From: Erysipelotrichaceae bacterium
GTDB lineage: Bacteria > Bacillota_I > Bacilli_A > Erysipelotrichales > Erysipelotrichaceae
NCBI GenBank assembly: GCA_963676105.1
Contig: OY781039.1
Location: forward strand, 1,800,001-1,832,000
DNA: 32,000 nucleotides
Direction of reading: 5' to 3'
The position numbers were made by a program, and so were the translations under genes. Positions 9,995 to 17,477 of this stretch are shown one piece after another (position 1 is the stretch's first letter; each line of letters begins with the position of its first letter). The notes under the pieces were generated by a model. It made no database searches. It was not told where the DNA came from and saw only the letters and a list, made by a program, of their open reading frames with translations.

Positions 9995-11233
9995 TTAATT
10001 ACTATACTTCCAATTCATTAGTTCGATTTTTTCTTTATAGTAGATTATTGCAAGCTTGTACTTACTTCGATTTTCGTAGTAAGTAATTAGTCGATCTAGA
10101 ACAAATTCATAGTTTTCAAAATTTCTACTGTCTTTAGTCATTGAATGAAGTTGAAGGAGTTTCGATTCAATATCAACTTCATCGTGAAAATACTCATTAT
10201 GCACAATTTCCATTTCAAGTTTGTACATTGGATCATTAAAAGTTGATATTGAATTTTGATAGATTTGATTGGCTTCTTTGGTTTGATTTAAATGATATAA
10301 ACTAGAACACTTAATAAAAATTCCATTTTCAGATAGTGTTTGTTGAAGCTCTATTTGTTTTAAATAATCTAATGAGTCTTTATACTCTTTATTTAAAAAT
10401 GAAAACCATGCAAGATTGTAGAGAATAACATATTTGGTGTCTGCATCGTTTGTTGTATTAAGGATTTGTTTATACATTTTTTGTGATGTTCTAAAATGAC
10501 CTAATATTGCGTTAATTGATGCGATATGTACTTGCGTATTTGTGAGTCGTTTTAGATTACGCGTCTTTAGAAAATAATTCTCTGCGATTTCACTCAAGGA
10601 TAAGGCTTTATTTAGTTTCCCATAATACGTATAAATAAGTGATGCATGATAATGAATTAAACCCGCATTACTTTCTATAATGTCGTACTGAAGAGCTATG
10701 TCTATGGTATTGGCTGCTTCTTGAATCTGATTGTTTTTAAGATGTTCAATTGCTTTGTAGTCGTAGTAGAGTTGTTTGAGTTTGTTTTCAAAACAATAGA
10801 TATTATTTAAGACATAATCATAGGCTGTTGAATCATTATAAAGACCTAGTACATAAAGAACATAAAAGACAGTATTGAATTTGTTTAACATATTGGAGTA
10901 ATGGATATATTGAGTAGGAATTCGTATTTTATTAATTAATCTTTCAATTTCTTGATTATTATCATAAACGATGGCTTCCAATAAATTGTTTATATCGTCA
11001 TCCAATTTGTTTTCAATATAGAAAACAGATTCTAAATTAATATCTAATGCTGATGCGATCATTTTTAGATTTTCTTGATTTAAATCTCTCAAACCGATCT
11101 CATATTTAGATAAACTTTGATAACTATAATTCGTTAATTCTGACAAGTCTCTAAGGGTAAGATTTTTATGTTTTCGAGAATCAGAAAGAAGTTTTAAGAT
11201 ATCAATATTTTGAAATAATATTTTGTCGCCCAT
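9995..11233 (-). CDS. XRE-family HTH + TPR-like repeat transcriptional regulator (RRNPP-like architecture)
   Basis: The N-terminal segment 'LTLRDLSELTNYSYQSLSKYEIGLRDLNQENLKMIASALDINLESVFY' is an XRE HTH. The remaining ~330 aa is helical-repeat sequence rich in Y, N and L. 412 aa. Confidence 0.75.
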   Translation of the reverse strand: MGDKILFQNIDILKLLSDSRKHKNLTLRDLSELTNYSYQSLSKYEIGLRDLNQENLKMIASALDINLESVFYIENKLDDDINNLLEAIVYDNNQEIERLINKIRIPTQYIHYSNMLNKFNTVFYVLYVLGLYNDSTAYDYVLNNIYCFENKLKQLYYDYKAIEHLKNNQIQEAANTIDIALQYDIIESNAGLIHYHASLIYTYYGKLNKALSLSEIAENYFLKTRNLKRLTNTQVHIASINAILGHFRTSQKMYKQILNTTNDADTKYVILYNLAWFSFLNKEYKDSLDYLKQIELQQTLSENGIFIKCSSLYHLNQTKEANQIYQNSISTFNDPMYKLEMEIVHNEYFHDEVDIESKLLQLHSMTKDSRNFENYEFVLDRLITYYENRSKYKLAIIYYKEKIELMNWKYSN

Positions 11234-11338
11234 AATTTATTTAATTATACAACTCAATTTCAAAATTTACCGATATTTGTAGACAAGATTTGTTAGAAAA
11301 TTATTTATAATTGAATTATGGGAAAGGTGGGTGGATAA

Positions 11339-11398
11339 ATGATCGTATTCTATTGTTGTGTTATTGATTTATTTGATACGGTATTGCCTAAGTTTTAA
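11339..11398 (+). CDS. 19-codon hydrophobic mini-ORF (MIVFYCCVIDLFDTVLPKF); candidate signalling pro-peptide
   Basis: It is below the ORF-track length cutoff and was found by reading the sequence. SD-like GGAAAGGTGGG at 11321-11331, with ATG 8 nt after it. It is divergent from the HTH-TPR regulator. There is no conservation or expression evidence. Confidence 0.3.
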   Translation: MIVFYCCVIDLFDTVLPKF

Positions 11399-11401
11399 GA
11401 T
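11373..11401 (+). promoter_or_regulatory. putative promoter of the 11451-12727 operon
   Basis: TTGATA (11373-11378), 17 nt, TAAGAT (11396-11401). It lies inside the mini-ORF, ~50 nt upstream of ATG 11451. Confidence 0.4.
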
Positions 11402-11450
11402 TAACTAGTAGTAATTTAAATGCCATAAATATGACAAAGAAAGAGAGTTT

Positions 11451-12107
11451 ATGAAAATTCAAAAAATTTTATTTACTTTATTATTTTTTATTAGTTTAGC
11501 AAGTCCAGTAAGTGCGACTACCGAAGATAAAATTATTGGAGAAAAGTTAGTTACAAATATTGAAATTGATGGGATAAATTATATATATACGCAATATTCA
11601 ACTGAATTAAGTAATTTTACTTTAGTAGATAATGGCGAACAAGTTGATGTATATGAGTATAATTTTCAGACAAATAAACTAACAATGAATAATGCAGCGA
11701 TAGGAAACACAAGTTTTATTTCACCATACAGTAGAGCAGCATCTTGTTCAATACCACTTCTATCTGGATTAAAAGATGAACAAGGAAATTTAGCCGTATA
11801 TGAGGGTTGTGCAACATATACAATTAATGCTGGGGGACCAACAACTAGTGTTATCGCAAATTTAGTTGTTTTGACAATGATAGATGCAGGAATTATTAAG
11901 AATAAAATATTAATAAAACTAGGAACAGCTGCATTACCGACATATTTAAACTACAAAATATCAACAGCGCGTCAACAATATAGATCTAAATACACAATAC
12001 TAAATCCATACACAGGTTTATATAAATACAAACATCTATATAATTCATATTATTTCTGGGCTGATCAACCATGGTTTGGACCTAATAAATCAGTTTGGTG
12101 GTTTTGA
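11451..12107 (+). CDS. secreted protein of unknown function (Sec signal peptide)
   Basis: Signal peptide MKIQKILFTLLFFISLASPVSA|TTEDK. No enzymatic motif recognised. Amphipathic segment TTSVIANLVVLTMIDAGII. C-terminal tail rich in W, Y and F. Confidence 0.7.
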   Translation: MKIQKILFTLLFFISLASPVSATTEDKIIGEKLVTNIEIDGINYIYTQYSTELSNFTLVDNGEQVDVYEYNFQTNKLTMNNAAIGNTSFISPYSRAASCSIPLLSGLKDEQGNLAVYEGCATYTINAGGPTTSVIANLVVLTMIDAGIIKNKILIKLGTAALPTYLNYKISTARQQYRSKYTILNPYTGLYKYKHLYNSYYFWADQPWFGPNKSVWWF

Positions 12108-12358
12108 TGGGTAAGAACTATTGTCCAAATTGCAACACAAAAGTTCCACTTCTTAAACTATTTAAGAATCAGTTTTTTAAAGATTATCAATGTGAAAATT
12201 GCAATACATCATTAAGTCCAAAATTACATGTGCCATTTATTGTAATCATGACCATTTTTATTTCTAGCATTGATGATATCTATTTAAAATCTATATTAGT
12301 GATAATTTATTTTTTTAGTATAGAACCAATTACTGCATACTTAAGTGGATTTAAATGA
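12107..12358 (+). CDS. small CxxC-N19-CxxC zinc-ribbon membrane protein (cxxc_20_cxxc-like)
   Basis: ATG 12107 overlaps the upstream TGA (TGATG) and has a GGTGG SD. CPNC-19 aa-CENC is followed by two hydrophobic helices. The start is moved from the TTG at 12095. Confidence 0.6.
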   Translation: MGKNYCPNCNTKVPLLKLFKNQFFKDYQCENCNTSLSPKLHVPFIVIMTIFISSIDDIYLKSILVIIYFFSIEPITAYLSGFK

Positions 12359-12394
12359 AATTGAACAAAAACTTATTGGTCCAAGTAAATCAGC

Positions 12395-12727
12395 GTGGAC
12401 GTTCTAAAAAGTATCTATGAAAAAATACAATGCCCAAATTGTAAACATGATTTATCCTTAAAACAGAAATCATTGTTGATTTATCAAAAAATGGGTAAAA
12501 ACCATTGTGTTAAGTGTGATCATTGTCATAGTGCTCTGAGTTTTAAGGGCAACAATCAAATTTTACCTCTTATGTTCTTGTTTACGAGTTATGTTTTATA
12601 TTATCTCAAAGATAAAATTCTATTGTTTGTCATAATTGTTATATTCTTGTTTATATTAAAGGATACAGTTGCATTGTATCGTAACGGATTATATGTTTGT
12701 GTTACAGAGGAAAAAACAACTAAATAA
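12395..12727 (+). CDS. small CxxC-N21-CxxC zinc-ribbon membrane protein; tandem paralogue-like partner of the previous gene
   Basis: CPNC-21 aa-CVKC(DHC) is followed by two hydrophobic helices. The only in-frame start is GTG 12395, which has no clear SD, so the start is uncertain. Confidence 0.5.
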   Translation: MDVLKSIYEKIQCPNCKHDLSLKQKSLLIYQKMGKNHCVKCDHCHSALSFKGNNQILPLMFLFTSYVLYYLKDKILLFVIIVIFLFILKDTVALYRNGLYVCVTEEKTTK

Positions 12728-12781
12728 AGCCTACACAAAATTCAATATAAAAGTGGTGCTCATTTGAAATGAACCCTGAAT

Positions 12782-12818
12782 AGTAGATATTATATAAAAA
12801 GGTATCTACTTTTTATTT
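12782..12818 (+). terminator. intrinsic terminator of the 11451-12727 operon
   Basis: AGTAGATA (12782-12789) pairs with TATCTACT (12803-12810), followed by TTTTATTT. The 13-nt loop is long for a terminator. Confidence 0.5.
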
Positions 12819-12912
12819 GTGATTATTCATGATAAAAATCTCACTAGATATAACTTTTAAGGAAACTTAATTGTCCATAAAGTTGTAGAATAAAGTTAAT
12901 GAGGAAGTCAGT

Positions 12913-13890
12913 ATGAGTTCACAAAAATCAGTCAAAATTTTAGAGGTCATGAAGCTCTTGTTAGAAAAGAGTGATGATGAACACCCTTTAAGTGTGCAAG
13001 ATATTATTTCTGAACTGTCTAAACTAGGGATTGAGAGTGAACGTAAAAGCATCTATCAATATATGGATCAGTTAGAAGACTATGGTTTAGATATTATTAA
13101 AACCAAGAAGATTGCGAACTATTACCATGTGGGTGAGCGTGATTTTCAATTGGCAGAATTAAAACTCTTGGTTGATGCAGTTCAATTCTCGAAGTTTATT
13201 ACAAGGGAAAAGAGTATTGAACTGATTGAAAAGATTAAAGGTTTAACGTCTGTTTATCAAGCAGATAAACTTATACGTAACGATTATATTTCTGATCGTC
13301 TAAAGACAAGCAATACATCCATATACTTTAATGTTGATGCGATACATGAAGCGATAGTAAATAAACGATGGTTACAATTCAAATACTTTGAATATGGATT
13401 AGATAAAGAAAGACACTATCGCCGTAATGGTGAGTTCTATACTATGATTCCAGAATTTTTGTGTTGGGATGATGAAAAATATTATTGTGTGATGTATCAT
13501 GAAGCACATGATGATCACGTCATTTTCAGAGTTGATAAAATGCGTGAAGTTTCAGTTATGCATAAATCACATCATCATCAAAGATCACAAGCAGATTTTG
13601 AGAAATACTGCACTCGTATCTTTAGTATGTTTCAAGGTGAAGAAAAACGTGTTCAGCTTGAATTTGATAAATCATTAACATCGGTTGTTTTTGACCGATT
13701 TGGTTTAGATGTAGAAATAAAGGAAGAAAAAGAAAATAGTTTTGTGATTGAAGAATCCGTTATGGTTTCGCAAACTTTCTTTTCATGGTTATTTCAATTT
13801 GGAAGTTCAGCTAAAATATTAGGACCACAAGAAGTCAAAGATGCAGCACTAGATTTGCTTAGAAAGAATTGGGAGAATTATGAATCCTAA
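12913..13890 (+). CDS. WYL-domain transcriptional regulator (N-terminal HTH, WYL, C-terminal extension)
   Basis: GAGGAA SD 6 nt upstream. N-terminal HTH 'ILEVMKLLLEKSDDEHPLSVQDIISELSKLGIESERKSIYQYMDQLEDYGLDI'. WYL-like core 'WLQFKYFEYG...FYTMIPEFLCWDDEKYYCVMY'. Confidence 0.8.
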   Translation: MSSQKSVKILEVMKLLLEKSDDEHPLSVQDIISELSKLGIESERKSIYQYMDQLEDYGLDIIKTKKIANYYHVGERDFQLAELKLLVDAVQFSKFITREKSIELIEKIKGLTSVYQADKLIRNDYISDRLKTSNTSIYFNVDAIHEAIVNKRWLQFKYFEYGLDKERHYRRNGEFYTMIPEFLCWDDEKYYCVMYHEAHDDHVIFRVDKMREVSVMHKSHHHQRSQADFEKYCTRIFSMFQGEEKRVQLEFDKSLTSVVFDRFGLDVEIKEEKENSFVIEESVMVSQTFFSWLFQFGSSAKILGPQEVKDAALDLLRKNWENYES

Positions 13891-14761
13891 ACAAAATCGA
13901 CAACTAGCGATTCAATACCATATCCTTCGTCGTTTGATTCAAGATGATTCAAAACTTCATGCGAAGATTAATAAGGAAAATATTGCTGAACTATTAGATG
14001 CGAAGAAATTCTATGATAAATATTTTGAACCACAACATAATGCGGCTCAATTACCAATGCTTTTTAAACTCGTTCAAAGAGAAACTGAAGCAGCTTTTAA
14101 ACGAATATCGAATAAAGTTCATATCATCCATAAATATGATGAACGTTATCCTAAATGTATTCTTCAAGATTTTAGAGAAGATGCCCCTATGTTTCTTTAT
14201 TTGAGTGGTGGGGTAGATGTTTTAGATCGAAAATATAAAAAAATCTCATTGTTTACCAATTCTAAGAGTAGTGATGAGTATATAGAAGAAACGTTAAAAT
14301 TACTGAAACAATTAAAAGATTCATCCTATGTTGTACTAATCCAATTTAATACACTTATGGATAATCTTATTTTCCTAGAATGTCAAAAACAAGGTATTCC
14401 ATGCATTGTTGTATTTAGAGGTCCTGTTACTAAAGATCTTGAGAATGCAGTAAAGAAATATAACCCCCGATTTAAACGTGGATCAAAGGGTATGAATATA
14501 ATGAGTATCACTGGTCCTTTTAATGAGGTTTTAAATGAGAAAACACAATCTCATTTAATGAATTCAATGGGGCGCGTTAGTGTTTTATTTTCAGATGCGT
14601 TAAATGATGTGAATCATGAAGCTATTAAGAATAACTTGTACTGGCGTAAGCCTTCGCTTATGCCACTATTAAATGGGTCACAGTACCCCTCATCAGAATT
14701 GTTGTTTACACTTGAAAAAAAGGAAGATTTTAAGATAACCATTGACCAATTAAGTGCGTAA
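13880..14761 (+). CDS. divergent DprA/Smf-like (SLOG-fold) protein with degenerate core motifs
   Basis: 11-nt overlap with the WYL gene. A by-eye alignment to DprA holds: 'YDERYPKCILQDFREDAPMFLYLSGGVDVLD' matches the DprA 'D..YP..L..I.D.P..L...G'. The canonical 'VGSR' and 'SG.A.GID..AH' positions read 'LFTNSK' and 'IQFNTLMDNLIFLE'. Confidence 0.55.
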   Translation: MNPKQNRQLAIQYHILRRLIQDDSKLHAKINKENIAELLDAKKFYDKYFEPQHNAAQLPMLFKLVQRETEAAFKRISNKVHIIHKYDERYPKCILQDFREDAPMFLYLSGGVDVLDRKYKKISLFTNSKSSDEYIEETLKLLKQLKDSSYVVLIQFNTLMDNLIFLECQKQGIPCIVVFRGPVTKDLENAVKKYNPRFKRGSKGMNIMSITGPFNEVLNEKTQSHLMNSMGRVSVLFSDALNDVNHEAIKNNLYWRKPSLMPLLNGSQYPSSELLFTLEKKEDFKITIDQLSA

Positions 14762-14815
14762 TTTAATTTGTGAAAAAAGACTAAATTATCATTTGTTAAA
14801 TTATTGTCAAAAGCC

Positions 14816-14844
14816 TTGAAAGTCTGTGGGGACAGGTCTATACT
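14816..14844 (+). promoter_or_regulatory. putative promoter of the CoADR-fusion gene
   Basis: TTGAAA (14816-14821), 17 nt, TATACT (14839-14844). The spacer contains the G-tract pseudo-palindrome CTGTGGGGACAG. Confidence 0.5.
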
Positions 14845-14880
14845 TTAATGGTGTGTTAATAAAAACAAGAAAGGATGCAT

Positions 14881-17382
14881 ATGAAAAAAATACTTATTGT
14901 TGGTGGTGTTGCCGGTGGTGCTACAGTTGCTGCTCGTTTACGCCGTCTCAGTGAAGAAGATCAAATCATTATGTTCGAACGCGATGAATTCATTTCATTC
15001 GCAAACTGTGGTCTTCCTTACTACATCGGTAATGTGATTACCGAACGTGATAATCTACTCGTTCAAACAGTAGAAGGAATGTCACAGCGTTTTAATTTGG
15101 ATATTAGAAACTTCTCAGAGGTTGTTGATATCGACAGAGAAAAGAAAGTTGTCACTGTTAAGAAAACTCAAACAGGTGTGACTTATGAGGAGTCTTATGA
15201 CAAACTCATTCTTTCACCAGGTGCAAAACCTATTCAACCTCCAATTGAAGGTTTGAAGGAAGCTACAAACTTATTTGTTCTACGTAATATTCCAGATACA
15301 GATCGTATCTATAACTATATTGCAGAAAACAAACCAAAAACAGCAGCTGTTATCGGTGGTGGATTCATCGGTGTTGAAATGGCTGAGAACCTTAAAGATC
15401 GTGGTTTAGCAGTAACGTTAGTTGAAAAACTACCACAAGTTATGGCTCCAATCGATTTCGAAATGGCTCAACTTGTTCACGAAGAACTTAATGCTAATGG
15501 TGTAAAATTAGAACTCGGTGATGGTTTAGCTAAATTCACTCAAGAAGGTCGTAAGATTCACTTAGAATCCGGTAAAGTTGTTGATGCGGATATCGTTATC
15601 TTCTCAATCGGTGTTGCCCCAGAAAACGCTTTAGCTAAAGCTGGAAAATTGGGTATTGGTCCTCGTGGTCATATCATGATAAATGAAAGAATGGAAACAT
15701 TCGAAGAAGATGGCAAAACAATCGCAAAAGATGTTTATGCATTAGGTGATGCGGTACAAGTTAAAGACTTTGTTACAGGTCATGACACAGCCATCGCGCT
15801 TGCTTGGCCAGCAAACCGTCAAGCACGTCTACTTGGTGATATCATCAATGGTGATAAAGAAGCTAAATACAATGGTTCAATGGGAACATCTGTTCTTAAA
15901 GTATTTAACTTAACTGTTAGTGCTACAGGTAATAACGAACGTTCTTTAAAAATGAAGAATATTCCTTATGTCGCAATTCATGCTCACCGTGGTAACCATG
16001 CTGGTTACTATCCTGGTGCATCAAACATTGCGCTAAAGTTAATGTATAATCCTGAAACATTAGAAATTTTAGGTGCACAAGCTGTTGGTCAAGAAGGTAC
16101 TGAAAAACGTATTGACGTTATCGCAACTGCGATTAAAGGTAAACTTAAAGTTACTGAATTATCTGACTTAGAACTCGCTTATGCACCTCCATATTCATCT
16201 GCAAAAGATCCAGTTAACGTACTAGGTTATATTGCTGAAAACTTAGTAGATGGATACTATACAATGGTTCATTCTTCAGATATTGAAGAAATGACTAAAG
16301 AAGGTATGACATTCTTAGATGTACGTACACCTCTAGAATTTAGTACAGGACACGTTGCCGGTGCGATCAATATGGAAGTTGATCACTTACGTGATACTGT
16401 TTCTAAATTAAATGTTGCGAAAGATGCGCCTATCACAGTTATCTGTGGTGTTGGTTTAAGAGCTCACGTCGCTACAATGATTTTACGTAACTTAGGTTAT
16501 ACAAATCTTCATAACATGTCAGGTGGTATGAAGACATACAATTCACGTCACTATATTATGAACAGTGCATGTCCTAGCGAAATGCATCACATCGACCATA
16601 TCGAAGTGACTGATACTGGGGATGTAGTCGAAAAAAAGCCTAGCGGGTTAGATGGCAACCCATCAAAAGTCATCGATGCTTCAGGTCTTCAATGTCCTGG
16701 ACCACTTCTCGCAACTTATAAAGCTGTGGGTGAATTAAAAGATGGTGAAAAAGTCCAAATTATTTCCACTGATCCTGGTTATGCGAAAGATGTTGAAAGT
16801 TGGTGTAGTACCAATGGTCATACACTTGTTAGCCTAAACAGAGAAGGCGGAAAAGTTGTTGCGGATATTGTTAAAGGTCAAAGAGCTAAGGTTGATGGAT
16901 CTACTGTTAACCAAGAAAATGCGACCATCGTTCTCTTCTCTGGAGAATTAGATAAAGCATTAGCTTCAATGATCATTGCCCAAGGTGCTGCTGCACAAGG
17001 CAAAAATGTCACAATCTTCTTCACATTCTGGGGCTTGAATGCATTACGTAAGAGTAATCATGTTCCAGTTAAGAAAACACTTATTGAAAAAATGTTTGGT
17101 ATGATGATGCCTCGTGGCGCTAAAAAATTACCACTATCTAACATGAATATGCTAGGTATGGGTAAAGCCATGATTGAAGGTGTTATGGATAACAAACAAG
17201 TTGATTCATTACCAGTTATGATGAAGTCTGCTCAAGAACTCGGTGTTAAATTCATCGCATGTAATATGTCTATGGATTTAATGGGTATTCAAGAAGCTGA
17301 ACTCATCGATGGTGTTGAACTCGGTGGTGTTGCGACTTATATTTCTGCTAACGAAAACGTTGGTACAACATTATTCATCTAA
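14881..17382 (+). CDS. CoA-disulfide/persulfide reductase fused to rhodanese, TusA-like and DsrE-like domains
   Basis: Start taken at ATG 14881, 5 nt after the AAAGGA SD; the ATG at 14875 overlaps the SD. Motifs: GGVAGGATVAARL (FAD), SFANCGLPYY (redox Cys), GGGFIGVE (NAD), rhodanese CGVGLRAH, TusA LQCPGPLL. The C-terminal DsrE-like block includes ACNMS. Confidence 0.85.
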   Translation: MKKILIVGGVAGGATVAARLRRLSEEDQIIMFERDEFISFANCGLPYYIGNVITERDNLLVQTVEGMSQRFNLDIRNFSEVVDIDREKKVVTVKKTQTGVTYEESYDKLILSPGAKPIQPPIEGLKEATNLFVLRNIPDTDRIYNYIAENKPKTAAVIGGGFIGVEMAENLKDRGLAVTLVEKLPQVMAPIDFEMAQLVHEELNANGVKLELGDGLAKFTQEGRKIHLESGKVVDADIVIFSIGVAPENALAKAGKLGIGPRGHIMINERMETFEEDGKTIAKDVYALGDAVQVKDFVTGHDTAIALAWPANRQARLLGDIINGDKEAKYNGSMGTSVLKVFNLTVSATGNNERSLKMKNIPYVAIHAHRGNHAGYYPGASNIALKLMYNPETLEILGAQAVGQEGTEKRIDVIATAIKGKLKVTELSDLELAYAPPYSSAKDPVNVLGYIAENLVDGYYTMVHSSDIEEMTKEGMTFLDVRTPLEFSTGHVAGAINMEVDHLRDTVSKLNVAKDAPITVICGVGLRAHVATMILRNLGYTNLHNMSGGMKTYNSRHYIMNSACPSEMHHIDHIEVTDTGDVVEKKPSGLDGNPSKVIDASGLQCPGPLLATYKAVGELKDGEKVQIISTDPGYAKDVESWCSTNGHTLVSLNREGGKVVADIVKGQRAKVDGSTVNQENATIVLFSGELDKALASMIIAQGAAAQGKNVTIFFTFWGLNALRKSNHVPVKKTLIEKMFGMMMPRGAKKLPLSNMNMLGMGKAMIEGVMDNKQVDSLPVMMKSAQELGVKFIACNMSMDLMGIQEAELIDGVELGGVATYISANENVGTTLFI

Positions 17383-17410
17383 AAGCGTGAGAAATCACGC
17401 TTTTTTTATA
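17383..17410 (+). terminator. intrinsic terminator after the CoADR fusion
   Basis: AAGCGTGA, GAAA loop, TCACGCTT, followed by a T run. It starts immediately after the stop codon. Confidence 0.8.
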
Positions 17411-17477
17411 TAATGAATATGACATATTTTTGCCATAATCTTTAGTTATACTCTCAAACATAAAGGAAGTGACGACG

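Noticed and set aside
12416-12425. A6 homopolymer near the start of the second CxxC gene. One extra A would create an ATG-initiated N-terminus MKKIQCPNC, resembling its paralogue.
   Set aside because: The hypothetical ATG also lacks an SD, and the existing GTG-initiated frame is open. A frameshift or phase variation cannot be supported from a single sequence.
12867-13052. Minus-strand ORF overlapping the WYL gene start
   Set aside because: It is antisense to a well-supported gene and has no SD.
13998-14204. Alternate-frame 68-aa ORF inside the DprA-like gene
   Set aside because: It is nested on the same strand in another frame, with an AT-rich-codon low-complexity product and no SD.
14875-14880. 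ATG 14875 as the start of the CoADR fusion
   Set aside because: This ATG overlaps the AAAGGA SD itself. ATG 14881 has the correct 5-nt spacing.
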